64,000 nt of DNA, taken from positions 84,652 to 148,651 of the IMG/VR virus record IMGVR_UViG_3300045988_130750. One strand, given 5' to 3'. The notes beneath the pieces are model-generated. The model saw only the letters and a list, made by a program, of their open reading frames with translations. It was not told the DNA's origin and ran no database searches. Of the stretch, positions 44,588-52,985 are shown in pieces. The stretch is from a virus. Position 1 is the first letter of the stretch, and each line of letters begins with the position of its first letter. Made by a program: the position numbers and the translations under genes.

Positions 44588-44872
44588 ATGAAAAACAGAT
44601 GTTTTTTTAAAGCAAAAATTAAAGGGAATAACACAGGTTATAAAGAATTAGATTGGATTATTGGAAATTTAGTAGTAGAACAAAACACTGATAGACATTT
44701 TATTATTGATTTATCGCATTTCGATGAAAATACCAAACTGTGTAATGTGATGATTGAAGTAGACCCATCCACAATCTGTCAGTGCAGTGCTGTGTGAGAT
44801 AGAAATAAGACGATAATGTTTGAAAATGATGTCGTAGAAGAAAATAGGATTATAAAAGGTGGTGGTGTATAA
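44588..44872 (+). pseudogene. truncated YopX-family remnant with in-frame TGA
   Basis: The product reads ...EVDPSTICQCSAV*DRNKTIMFENDVVEENRIIKGGGV*. The TGA (44795-97) interrupts the YopX core (consensus tiGqyTGlkDkNGk.IyEgDiv). The rest of the domain is missing. Confidence 0.5.
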
Positions 44873-45501
44873 CGAGTTATTTAATTGACAAATTCAAAGG
44901 TACATACAGAATCAAAGTTCCATATAATCAATGGACAAATGATTTTATACGAAAACTAAACGGGAATTTAGAAGATGTAGATTGTTATATTGATTGTCAG
45001 TATGGGAACAAAGTATTTCATTATGGTAGAGATATTTTACAAGCATATATACCAAGTCTAGGTCGTGGTCATAATATTCTAAAGGCAATTCAAGAAACCA
45101 ATCCATCCATTATCTTCGATATAGAGAAAACAGATTCAGAAATTCTTTTCAAATTCAAATATGCCAATTCTGATAAGATTATTCCATTATTAAAACCTAA
45201 AACAAGCGGTTCAAATATTAGTCCGTTCAGTTCAAAGAATTTACCTAAAAATAAAGACTTCAAGATACCAGACAAGGAATTGCAAGCCTATAAAGAAATA
45301 GTGGCTAAAATTCCACAGGAATGCATTTTAACCCTAACACATAGTACAAACAGTTTTATCAAATCATTAGCAACGAAGAAGAACCCAATAGAGAATATTA
45401 AAGCAGATATGAAATTGAAAGGTTTAAAAGGTAAGGAATATATTTACTCTATTGGTAAATGGGCAGAATACATTTCTTACTTAAAGGAGGTGGTTAAGTG
45501 A
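44869..45501 (+). CDS. hypothetical protein whose reading frame has no canonical start for about 140 codons
   Basis: The frame is open from 44848. SD aaaaggtggtgg (44854-44865) lies just upstream of ATA 44869. It translates (I)TSYLIDKFKGTYRIKVPYNQWTNDF...KEVVK. The ORF track only shows the TTG at 45280. Confidence 0.45.
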   Translation: MTSYLIDKFKGTYRIKVPYNQWTNDFIRKLNGNLEDVDCYIDCQYGNKVFHYGRDILQAYIPSLGRGHNILKAIQETNPSIIFDIEKTDSEILFKFKYANSDKIIPLLKPKTSGSNISPFSSKNLPKNKDFKIPDKELQAYKEIVAKIPQECILTLTHSTNSFIKSLATKKNPIENIKADMKLKGLKGKEYIYSIGKWAEYISYLKEVVK

Positions 45502-45686
45502 GAATTGTTGAAAATAGAAATAAATCTGTAGTGAATCGTGTACGCCAACAAATAAAAGATAATGATGGATATTGTTTATGTGCAAATAAGAAAGATGAAT
45601 CTACAAAATGTATGTGTGAGCAATTCAGAGAATCAACAACATTAGGATTTTGCAACTGTAGACTATATGAAAAAGTAGAATTATAA
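45498..45686 (+). CDS. ferredoxin-thioredoxin-reductase catalytic-chain-like small Cys protein
   Basis: GTG follows taaaggaggtggttaa. GYCLCANKKDESTKCMCEQFRESTTLGFCNCRLY carries three CxC pairs laid out like FTR CPC...CPC...CHC-LF. Confidence 0.4.
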   Translation: MRIVENRNKSVVNRVRQQIKDNDGYCLCANKKDESTKCMCEQFRESTTLGFCNCRLYEKVEL

Positions 45687-45695
45687 GGAGATAAA

Positions 45696-46352
45696 ATGAC
45701 AAAAAAAAGATTAAAAGTAATGACAATTTTAGATATTATGTTTATTATTGCATTTGGATACTCAACAATTGCATCTTGGGGTGTGTATGAATCATATTAT
45801 ACTATTACATATTTCGCCATAACTGTATTTTTAATGGCTATTATGTGTGATAGAATTTATTGTTACATACATAAAAACGTTACAGATAAAACAAAAGAAA
45901 AATGTATGTACCATTGTGGAGTTCAAAATATTAAAATCAAATATTTTGATAACGAAATTGATAAGATTGAAAAGATTAACATTGGTGATTGGATTGATTT
46001 GCGTTCTGCCGAGACTGTAGAGCTAAAGAAAGGCGAGTTTCATTTGATTCCATTAGGAGTGGCAATGGAACTGCCAGATGGATATGAGGCAAATATTGTA
46101 CCGAGAAGCAGTACATATAAGAATTTTAAGATATTACAGACAAATTGTTTTGCTGTTATTGACAACAGCTATAGTGGAGATAACGATCAGTGGCTTTATC
46201 CAGTTATTGCTATGGAAGACACTACAATCAATAAAAATGATAGAATCTGCCAGTTCCGTATCAATAAAATTAAGCCTGAAATTGAATTTGAAGAGGTTGA
46301 ACATTTGAATAATGTAAATCGTGGTGGAATTGGTTCTACAGGAATAAACTAA
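45696..46352 (+). CDS. dut: dUTPase (YncF/YosS-type) fused to an N-terminal ~70-aa membrane segment
   Basis: The C-terminal 148 aa (IKIKYFDNE...[10 protein letters not shown]...[25 protein letters not shown]...DRICQFRI...RGGIGSTG) closely resembles B. subtilis YncF/YosS. The N-terminus has 2-3 hydrophobic helices. SD is aaggagataaa. Confidence 0.8.
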   Translation: MTKKRLKVMTILDIMFIIAFGYSTIASWGVYESYYTITYFAITVFLMAIMCDRIYCYIHKNVTDKTKEKCMYHCGVQNIKIKYFDNEIDKIEKINIGDWIDLRSAETVELKKGEFHLIPLGVAMELPDGYEANIVPRSSTYKNFKILQTNCFAVIDNSYSGDNDQWLYPVIAMEDTTINKNDRICQFRINKIKPEIEFEEVEHLNNVNRGGIGSTGIN

Positions 46353-46367
46353 AAGGAGAAATAAATA

Positions 46368-46652
46368 TTGAGTAAAATATATGATAATATGTCAAAGGAT
46401 GAATTAATTGCTCAATGTATTGATAAAGATAGCCAAATAGATGTATATAATTCACAGATTAAAAAATATCAAGTCTTGACAAAAACAGATATTATGAGTA
46501 TATATAAATGTGAAAGCAATAAAGCATTACGAATTTTAAAGCTTATGTTCCAAATGGGATATGGTAATAAGATTGGAAAAGAATACTATATATCACTCGA
46601 ATCACAGAATGATTTTCTTACTGCAATGAGAGGTAAAGAAGTATTTATATAA
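46368..46652 (+). CDS. hypothetical protein, possible HTH/excisionase-like (adjacent to int)
   Basis: TTG start follows aaaaggagaaataaata. The function is inferred from position only. Confidence 0.4.
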   Translation: MSKIYDNMSKDELIAQCIDKDSQIDVYNSQIKKYQVLTKTDIMSIYKCESNKALRILKLMFQMGYGNKIGKEYYISLESQNDFLTAMRGKEVFI

Positions 46653-46681
46653 CATTTCGTGATGTTTGATGATACTTTAAG

Positions 46682-46995
46682 TATCACTTAAAACTATCAC
46701 TTTTATATATGCAATGTGACATAAATGGCTAAAAATCAACATATTTGAGCAGTGCTATTAGTAATCGTAAACTACAAATAATCCTTTGACAACATCATAT
46801 ATTTGTCAATAAAACACAACAAAACGCCGCTAAATGCATTATATCTTTGGTGAAACTAACCATTGAAATGCATTTGGTGGCGTTTTATAATTTTCATAAT
46901 ATCACTTATATTTATCACTTTATCACTTGAATTTTCATCCCAAGAAAAAAGTGATAATAGAAAAAATCAAGTGATAGTTACCTGTAAAAGTGATA
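46682..46995. repeat. array of eight TATCACTT / AAGTGATA sites upstream of int
   Basis: Direct copies lie at 46682, 46695, 46900, 46913 and 46921. Inverted copies lie at 46949, 46969 and 46988. These are candidate integrase arm-type or repressor operator sites. Confidence 0.6.
46821..46886 (+). terminator. long imperfect hairpin followed by a T-rich tract
   Basis: AAAACGCCGCTAAATGCAT (46821-39) pairs with ATGCATTTGGTGGCGTTTT (46868-86), including two G.U pairs. TTTTATAATTTTC follows. An A-rich tract lies 5' of it, so it could act in both directions. Confidence 0.5.
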
Positions 46996-47016
46996 AAATA
47001 TAGGAGGTAATTTAAT

Positions 47017-48399
47017 ATGTCTACAAGCAGACTCAGAGCCGAGAATGGACAGGGTAGCATAAGATGGATCAATGAACGAGAATGTGAATGTATCATACAG
47101 TCTCAGTATCTTAATCCAAAAACGGGTAAACCAAAACGATTCAAACGCAAATACAAAATAGACAAAAATACCAAACCAACTCGTAAAGTACAAGCTGAAA
47201 CAGAAGAAAAAATCCGAGAATTAACCATACACGCAAAAGATGCTTGGGAAAAAGAACTTATCAAAGGCAATGACGTTAAAATAGATAAGTCTAAAACATA
47301 TGGTGAATACATGAAAGAGTTTCTGAGTATTATAGAGGTCAATCTAACTGGTTCAGGATACAAGTCTTATATCAGCGCATTAAAGTGTAATTTTTTCAAT
47401 CAACCAATAGCAAACTATCAATTACAGATGCTTAATGCTCAAGTATTTCAAGATTATTATGACACTATATTGAGTTTAAAAAGTAAAAAGACTTGTAGTA
47501 TACCTATACAGCTCACAAAGCGATTATGCAAGTGGTTAGTAGATAAAAGCCTTCTGAAAGAGAATTATGCTGAACAAACTATGATTAAAGTAAAGATTGT
47601 GGACGAGTATAATCATAAACGAGAAGAAGAATTAAAAAATAAGAAAGAAGTATTCACACCTGAAGACATACAGAAATTCTATTACGCTTATAAAAATAAC
47701 ATGGGAGAAACAGCAGCCATCGTAATGTTTTTATTAGAAACTGGATTAAGGGCAGGTGAATTTGCGGCACTACGAATAGATAATATTGATTTACAAAAAC
47801 GAAGAATAGATATTGTAGAAGCACAAGCAACAAGATATGTAAATAATGATCCAAGTCAAGGCGTAGAATCATATATTAAAGTGCCAAAAAATAAAAAATC
47901 TCGTTTTGTAATGATGTCGGATCTATGTGTAGAAGTAACTGAATATATGATAGAGCAGACAAAATTACATTGTAGATACGGTAATCCAGATAATCTTCTT
48001 TATCCTACATTTAGAACAGCAAAGCCACGTAGTTTGTCTACAATGGAGAACTGTTTCAAGGATTTATGCGATAAGCTAGAAATTGACAGAGATGTGAGAG
48101 TAACAAAAACTGGTGTTAAAAAGGGATTGTGTCTACATGCATTAAGGCACACTATGGATACAATAGCCAATACCTCAAAAGGTGCTAATGTAGTTAATAC
48201 TGCTCTTGCAGTTGGACATACAGCTATTAGAACTGAAAATATTTATACTCATGCAACAGAAGAAGCATTAAGTAGTATTACAACTCCTTCCAAAGCAGTA
48301 TTAGAACCTTATAAAAAGAAAGAAGATAAAGATATTTCTGACGAAGAAATGTATGAAATGTATTTAAAATTAAAAGAAAAATTTGAACCAAAATCGTAA
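47017..48399 (+). CDS. int: tyrosine recombinase / phage integrase
   Basis: ETGLRAGEF carries the catalytic Arg region. LHALRHT is the HxxR box. HT...TENIYTHA carries the catalytic Tyr. SD is taggaggtaatttaat. Confidence 0.85.
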   Translation: MSTSRLRAENGQGSIRWINERECECIIQSQYLNPKTGKPKRFKRKYKIDKNTKPTRKVQAETEEKIRELTIHAKDAWEKELIKGNDVKIDKSKTYGEYMKEFLSIIEVNLTGSGYKSYISALKCNFFNQPIANYQLQMLNAQVFQDYYDTILSLKSKKTCSIPIQLTKRLCKWLVDKSLLKENYAEQTMIKVKIVDEYNHKREEELKNKKEVFTPEDIQKFYYAYKNNMGETAAIVMFLLETGLRAGEFAALRIDNIDLQKRRIDIVEAQATRYVNNDPSQGVESYIKVPKNKKSRFVMMSDLCVEVTEYMIEQTKLHCRYGNPDNLLYPTFRTAKPRSLSTMENCFKDLCDKLEIDRDVRVTKTGVKKGLCLHALRHTMDTIANTSKGANVVNTALAVGHTAIRTENIYTHATEEALSSITTPSKAVLEPYKKKEDKDISDEEMYEMYLKLKEKFEPKS

Positions 48400-48402
48400 A
48401 AA

Positions 48403-48431
48403 ATAGGGAACAGCATATAACTGTTCCCTAT
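48403..48431 (+). terminator. stem-loop after int
   Basis: ATAGGGAACAG-catataa-CTGTTCCCTAT forms an 11-bp stem, 4 nt after the int stop. The T tract is poor. Confidence 0.5.
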
Positions 48432-48500
48432 TGTATTATGTAAATATATATGTTAGAATTAATAACGTCTTGTAACATCTCATCTTCATAATAGATGAGA

Positions 48501-48534
48501 GGCTAGTGAAGTATCTCACTAGCCATTTTTTTTA
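48501..48534 (+). terminator. rho-independent terminator (hairpin plus T8)
   Basis: GGCTAGTGA-agtatc-TCACTAGCC is followed by ATTTTTTTT. It sits at the convergence point of the + block and the - strand tail/lysis block. Confidence 0.6.
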
Positions 48535-48867
48535 AATAACTTGTGCTATAATAAAAATCAATCCAGTTGCCAAAGCACCCGCTACTGTACTAATCATGGC
48601 AGTAATAGCAGTACGCTTATAAGTATTTAAATTATCTGCTGGAGCACGTTCAATATCATCTACACGATTATCCATACGATCAACTTTTATATCTAAGGCA
48701 CTTACAGTTTCGTTAGTATGTTTTACTTCCTCTACAAGCTGAATCATCGTTTTGGACATCGTATGAATTTCTCCAACAATTGGTTCTAATTTTTCGAGTC
48801 TATGTGTATTAGACTTTGAACGTTCTTCTACTTTTGTTAATCTTTCTACTGTTTCTTTTTCGTCCAT
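48532..48867 (-). CDS. XhlA-like lysis-associated membrane protein
   Basis: The N-terminus is coiled-coil and there is a single C-terminal TM (AITAMISTVAGALATGLIFIIAQVI). This is the PBSX XhlA-like layout. SD is aaaggga. Confidence 0.5.
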   Translation of the reverse strand: MDEKETVERLTKVEERSKSNTHRLEKLEPIVGEIHTMSKTMIQLVEEVKHTNETVSALDIKVDRMDNRVDDIERAPADNLNTYKRTAITAMISTVAGALATGLIFIIAQVI

Positions 48868-48898
48868 AACATTCCCTTTCTATGATAGTGTTTTATTT

Positions 48899-50959
48899 TT
48901 AAATTCCTAAATTTTGTTTGATATTTGCAATATCATTTTTTATATCATCGAGTTCTTTTTGCTGATTATGTACTACTTGTACGATCAATGTTATTAATTC
49001 TTCATATCTGAAAGAGTATCTATAGATGATATTCCCGTCTTCGTCTTTTTTAGTAACTTTTGAATCTTCGATCGGAACACCATCTTCATCAAATTTTGTA
49101 TAATCGTATAAAATGTCTTTACAAATCATACCATAATCATTTTCTGATAATCCTAATTCGTGCATTGAATTTTCAAAATCCTGTGCTATTAAACCAATAT
49201 GAATTCTATCCCCATCATTAAAGTAGTAAGTTTTTGGTTTTATTTTAAAAAATAATTTAATAAGATTATCGTCAATATCATGAATATCATGTTTAAGGTT
49301 TCTATCAGATGTAGAAATAGAAGTGTTTTTAGCATATATTTGTTTCCATCTTGCATAACCACCACCTAATGAAACTTTATTATCATAAGCCTCCATTACT
49401 CTGAATGCAGTATCATAGAAACCATATTGACAATTCAAGACGGATAATATAGCACTTGAAATATTATTATTTCCAGTAGATGTATTTCCTCCTATATGTA
49501 AATTAGCTGAATCGTTTACACAAATCATTCTATAAGATGCACCGTTAATAACTTCATATATAGGAAGATGGTATGATACTAATACATTATCTGGAGTTAT
49601 TGCTAGTTTGGTATCTAAGCCACCATTGCTATCAGTAATAGCTTGGAAATACATACCATTTCCAGATTTCCATCTTAAATAAGTAGATGCTGTTGATAGC
49701 ATAATTAAATTGATTGCATTATTCCAAAAACTAGAAAAATTATTTACACCAACTTTTACATTTCCATCACAGATTAATGTTTGTACGTAAGATGTCCACG
49801 ATGCAGGTTTCATTTGAATAGGACTTCCTTGCGAGAAACAAAGAGTGCCAGTCATTACTCCACCAACTAATTTTAGATAATCTGTATCTCCCCACCATGC
49901 AGTCCATGCTGAATTACAATAAGCTCTTTGTAAATATACATTTTGATTGCCACTAAGTCCTAACCCATTATATACCACAATTTCTTGTAGTGGCATACCA
50001 TTAACCATTGTACTTCTAAAATAAAACCAAATTTCACTACTACCATATTGTGATGGATTTGTACCCGTATTATCAGTACTTCTAATCCAAGCTACACAAT
50101 TTCTATCATTAGGAACAAACCATGTAGTATTATCTCCTTTACTATCACATTCAGCATATGGTTTATAAGTATCTAAATTAATGGTACGATTATTGTTATT
50201 AAACTGACCTAAATTAATATAGCCACCACTATTTTCATTGGCTACCCATTTAGCGATACCATCTGATTGCCAACCTAATACTTGTCCAGATGAACCACCA
50301 GACGGGATATGTTTATTTCCTGATGTGGTCGGATGAGTATATATTGTATCTGTAAATTTAGCATCAGCAGGAACATCACTGTTTACTGTGTGTCCGTTGA
50401 CTGTAGAAGCATTCCCCCCATTAGCAGGCAAAGAGGATGGAAAATCACTGATTTCTGAAACAATGTGATTGTGATTTGAAGGAGTATATGTTTCTGGTTT
50501 GTCAGTAATTCCACTCCAAGGTACACTAGCAGCCGTACCAGCCGCATAAATTTCATAACCTTCTTTTGTAGAAAGTTTTGTTTCGTCTACTACATAATAC
50601 ATTTTCTCAGTAGAAGTAACCTTTACAGTATCGCCCTTCTGGACAGTAGCAGAAGTAAGTTTAAATCTTGCCGTATCATCAGTTACAACAATCAGTCTTT
50701 CCAATGCTCCCTGTGGAAGTCTGTCTATACTAATTGTACCACTTGTAATTTTACTTGCGTCAAGTGATGTAATATCTTCGTTTCCATGTGTATGACTGCT
50801 ATTTGCTTTACCATTTAATTTTATATCAATCTCAGATTCAGTGTAATATCTATCGTCATGAGTATGAGACGAATCAGCTTTTCCTTTTAATAAATTAGAT
50901 ATATATGTTTTGCCTTTACTCCAAAAATAACTAAGACCATCAAAGTCTAATTTTGCCAT
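48899..50959 (-). CDS. tail fibre protein with C-terminal S74 intramolecular-chaperone domain
   Basis: SSHTH repeats lie near the N-terminus. The C-terminus is SDRNLKHDI...IHIGLIAQDFE...YRYSFRYEELITLIV, followed by a coiled coil. SD is aaggagg. Confidence 0.75.
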   Translation of the reverse strand: MAKLDFDGLSYFWSKGKTYISNLLKGKADSSHTHDDRYYTESEIDIKLNGKANSSHTHGNEDITSLDASKITSGTISIDRLPQGALERLIVVTDDTARFKLTSATVQKGDTVKVTSTEKMYYVVDETKLSTKEGYEIYAAGTAASVPWSGITDKPETYTPSNHNHIVSEISDFPSSLPANGGNASTVNGHTVNSDVPADAKFTDTIYTHPTTSGNKHIPSGGSSGQVLGWQSDGIAKWVANENSGGYINLGQFNNNNRTINLDTYKPYAECDSKGDNTTWFVPNDRNCVAWIRSTDNTGTNPSQYGSSEIWFYFRSTMVNGMPLQEIVVYNGLGLSGNQNVYLQRAYCNSAWTAWWGDTDYLKLVGGVMTGTLCFSQGSPIQMKPASWTSYVQTLICDGNVKVGVNNFSSFWNNAINLIMLSTASTYLRWKSGNGMYFQAITDSNGGLDTKLAITPDNVLVSYHLPIYEVINGASYRMICVNDSANLHIGGNTSTGNNNISSAILSVLNCQYGFYDTAFRVMEAYDNKVSLGGGYARWKQIYAKNTSISTSDRNLKHDIHDIDDNLIKLFFKIKPKTYYFNDGDRIHIGLIAQDFENSMHELGLSENDYGMICKDILYDYTKFDEDGVPIEDSKVTKKDEDGNIIYRYSFRYEELITLIVQVVHNQQKELDDIKNDIANIKQNLGI

Positions 50960-50975
50960 TTGCGTTCCTCCTTAT

Positions 50976-51770
50976 TTATAAGAATAACGAGTCAATTTGC
51001 TCGTGAGTTATTACATCATCTATTTCCTGTTCAATCTTATCATTAACAATTTTTACAGAATTTGGAGTAGCAGCGGTATCAATAGATGTACTTGAAACAC
51101 TATCTGTTAATTTTGTATGTCCTTCTTGACTAATAGTTGCTTTTGTTGAAATATGACTTATCAAAGTGCTGATTGCCTTTTTGATTTTACCAAATGCAAT
51201 AGATAATTTTTCGCCACTCGATATATTTTCAAATGTAGTAGCTTCTGTATAAGTTGGAGTTTGGTCATTTGTTGATACATTTTGGACATTTTCTAAACCA
51301 ACTTGTGCTTTTGTTACTTTATGTGGATTTGCATAATCAATTAAATGCTTAATCATTTTATTTATTACATTTGACTCAATAGCAGATTCTATAGTTTTGC
51401 CATCAACAACAGATTTCTTTACAATAATATTAAATTTTCTTGATGTAACGATGGTATTAGATTCAATAATTTGAAATTCTGATTCACAAATACCTGGCAC
51501 ACATGTTGCTTGATCAGAAAGTATAATCGCAATTGTTCCATCTGTATTTCTGAATAAATGCGAAGTATCATCTTCGTCTATATATACAAAAGTTCCATCA
51601 GGTTTAGAAATCTTTAAATGAATTACAGAATTAGTTGGAACAGTATATGGTTTCCCTTTATCAGAGAGAGTAATCAATATCTTTCTTGATTCGTCGTCAT
51701 CTTGTGAACAATGAACATTTTGTACCCTGTCTATGGTCAGATCTAAAGTAATCTTTTGATTAAAAATCAT
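50976..51770 (-). CDS. BppU-like baseplate upper protein
   Basis: The N-terminus MIFNQKITLDLTIDR...ILITLSDKGKPYTVPTNSVIHLKISKPDGT resembles the BppU N-domain. SD is taggaggtg. Confidence 0.45.
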   Translation of the reverse strand: MIFNQKITLDLTIDRVQNVHCSQDDDESRKILITLSDKGKPYTVPTNSVIHLKISKPDGTFVYIDEDDTSHLFRNTDGTIAIILSDQATCVPGICESEFQIIESNTIVTSRKFNIIVKKSVVDGKTIESAIESNVINKMIKHLIDYANPHKVTKAQVGLENVQNVSTNDQTPTYTEATTFENISSGEKLSIAFGKIKKAISTLISHISTKATISQEGHTKLTDSVSSTSIDTAATPNSVKIVNDKIEQEIDDVITHEQIDSLFL

Positions 51771-51784
51771 TCCGAAGTCACCTC

Positions 51785-52606
51785 CTAAATACCGACTTTC
51801 CGAATAGGAGAGTAAGTAATCTTAATTTTACAATCTAAATTTGGTGTAAAAATATTGCATCTATCATTATATGAATTAATAATTCTTGGGAAAAAGTAAT
51901 TAAAATCATTTGCAAGATCATGTGATGATTCAGAAGATGATATTAATTGATTCTTACCATTGATGGATATTATCTCATTAGATACACAATTATCTATTTT
52001 CATAACTTTATTATCACGAGAGTTTTCTAATTTGAAATTACCTTTTGACAAAATTGTTATTTCTAAATTTGGTAATAATTGATTGTTAAAATCTGTAATC
52101 TCATCTGAATTATCCCAAAACTGAAATGAAGTACCTGCCGAGCAATTATACTCAACAGATACTTCGTCCATAAAAGCAAATGAAGAATCGGTATATAATG
52201 TTAGTTCTAAGCCGATTATTTGACCATTTAGCTCAATTTGTTTACTACTAAATGTTCCGTTCCAATGAACGTGTTCAAAGCCATCCTGATTAATTTTAAA
52301 GCGTTTATACCCATCTTTACGACATAACCAACGTTGAATAGCCGAAATTTCTTCAATTGAAAGACTCATTTCATCTTGACTAGATGCAAGACATGGATTA
52401 CGAAAAACTTCAAATGAGGTGCTATAAGCAGATTCATATACTGCTGATGTGATATTGAACCTACTGCTTCCTACGGGACGTACCTGATTAAATGTAAGTT
52501 CAGCCCCCGAAGAAACAGTTTGAACACCACTAGAACCATTTATTACACCAACCATTAGTTTGTAATCGGATAAGGACTCTCCATCATATTCAAAATCTGT
52601 AAACAT
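51785..52606 (-). CDS. Dit-like (siphovirus distal tail / baseplate hub) protein
   Basis: FEYDGESLSDY...IQRWLCRKDGYKRFKINQDGFEHVHWNG resembles the Sipho_tail family. Its position after the Tal-like gene is atypical. Confidence 0.4.
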   Translation of the reverse strand: MFTDFEYDGESLSDYKLMVGVINGSSGVQTVSSGAELTFNQVRPVGSSRFNITSAVYESAYSTSFEVFRNPCLASSQDEMSLSIEEISAIQRWLCRKDGYKRFKINQDGFEHVHWNGTFSSKQIELNGQIIGLELTLYTDSSFAFMDEVSVEYNCSAGTSFQFWDNSDEITDFNNQLLPNLEITILSKGNFKLENSRDNKVMKIDNCVSNEIISINGKNQLISSSESSHDLANDFNYFFPRIINSYNDRCNIFTPNLDCKIKITYSPIRKVGI

Positions 52607-52610
52607 AATT

Positions 52611-52985
52611 TTATTCCTCTAAGAGATTGATTATAGGCAGAATATCTTTTGGTGCAATATTCATATCTTCAAAAGCTTTTTTAGGTATCTTTTTTAACTC
52701 TACATCGACAGAAGAGAGCATCAGATTATTTATATCATCATTAAATTTTTTGATATCCACAATCTTTACAGTACCATCATCCGCATAATCAATTTCCCCT
52801 TCTTTGTTTTTCTGTGAATATTTAGCAATGATCTCGTTTCTTTTTGTATCAATCGTTTCTCTTGGAACAGATAAATTATTAAGATTACCTGCAATAAGGC
52901 AAGCTGTATTAAGATCAAATTCCTTTTCTGAGATTTTTGCTAATGATTCGCATATTGCTAAAATATTAAATGCTGTTAATTTCAT
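52611..52985 (-). CDS. hypothetical tail-module protein
   Basis: ATG follows ggaggaattaaaatt and overlaps the upstream stop. Confidence 0.5.
   Translation of the reverse strand: MKLTAFNILAICESLAKISEKEFDLNTACLIAGNLNNLSVPRETIDTKRNEIIAKYSQKNKEGEIDYADDGTVKIVDIKKFNDDINNLMLSSVDVELKKIPKKAFEDMNIAPKDILPIINLLEE

Noticed and set aside
20149-44797. The in-frame TAA (20149) and TGA (44795) in the two YopX-like genes might indicate an alternative genetic code or stop-codon reassignment, as in some gut phages.
   Set aside because: TAA, TAG and TGA all terminate well-defined, domain-complete genes at positions followed directly by the next gene's SD. Examples are TAA at 1951 and 37941, TAG at 2861 and 6803, and TGA at 10870 and 28116. 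No other conserved gene needs read-through. Isolated nonsense mutations are the simpler explanation.
46787-47016. I tried to call sigma-A-type promoters (TTGACA-17-TATAAT). Candidates were TTGACA at 46787, TTGAAT at 46927 and 12557, and TATAAT at 63276 and 15119.
   Set aside because: Spacing between candidate -35 and -10 hexamers was wrong (6, 20 or more nt), or the -10 abutted the SD. None was convincing enough to report as a feature without transcription start data.
47017-48531. The integrase might mark a prophage end, with host DNA in the window.
   Set aside because: Clearly phage-type genes continue on both sides of int (dUTPase and RNR upstream, lysis and tail genes downstream). No host-like housekeeping gene is present. 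No prophage/host junction can be placed in this window.
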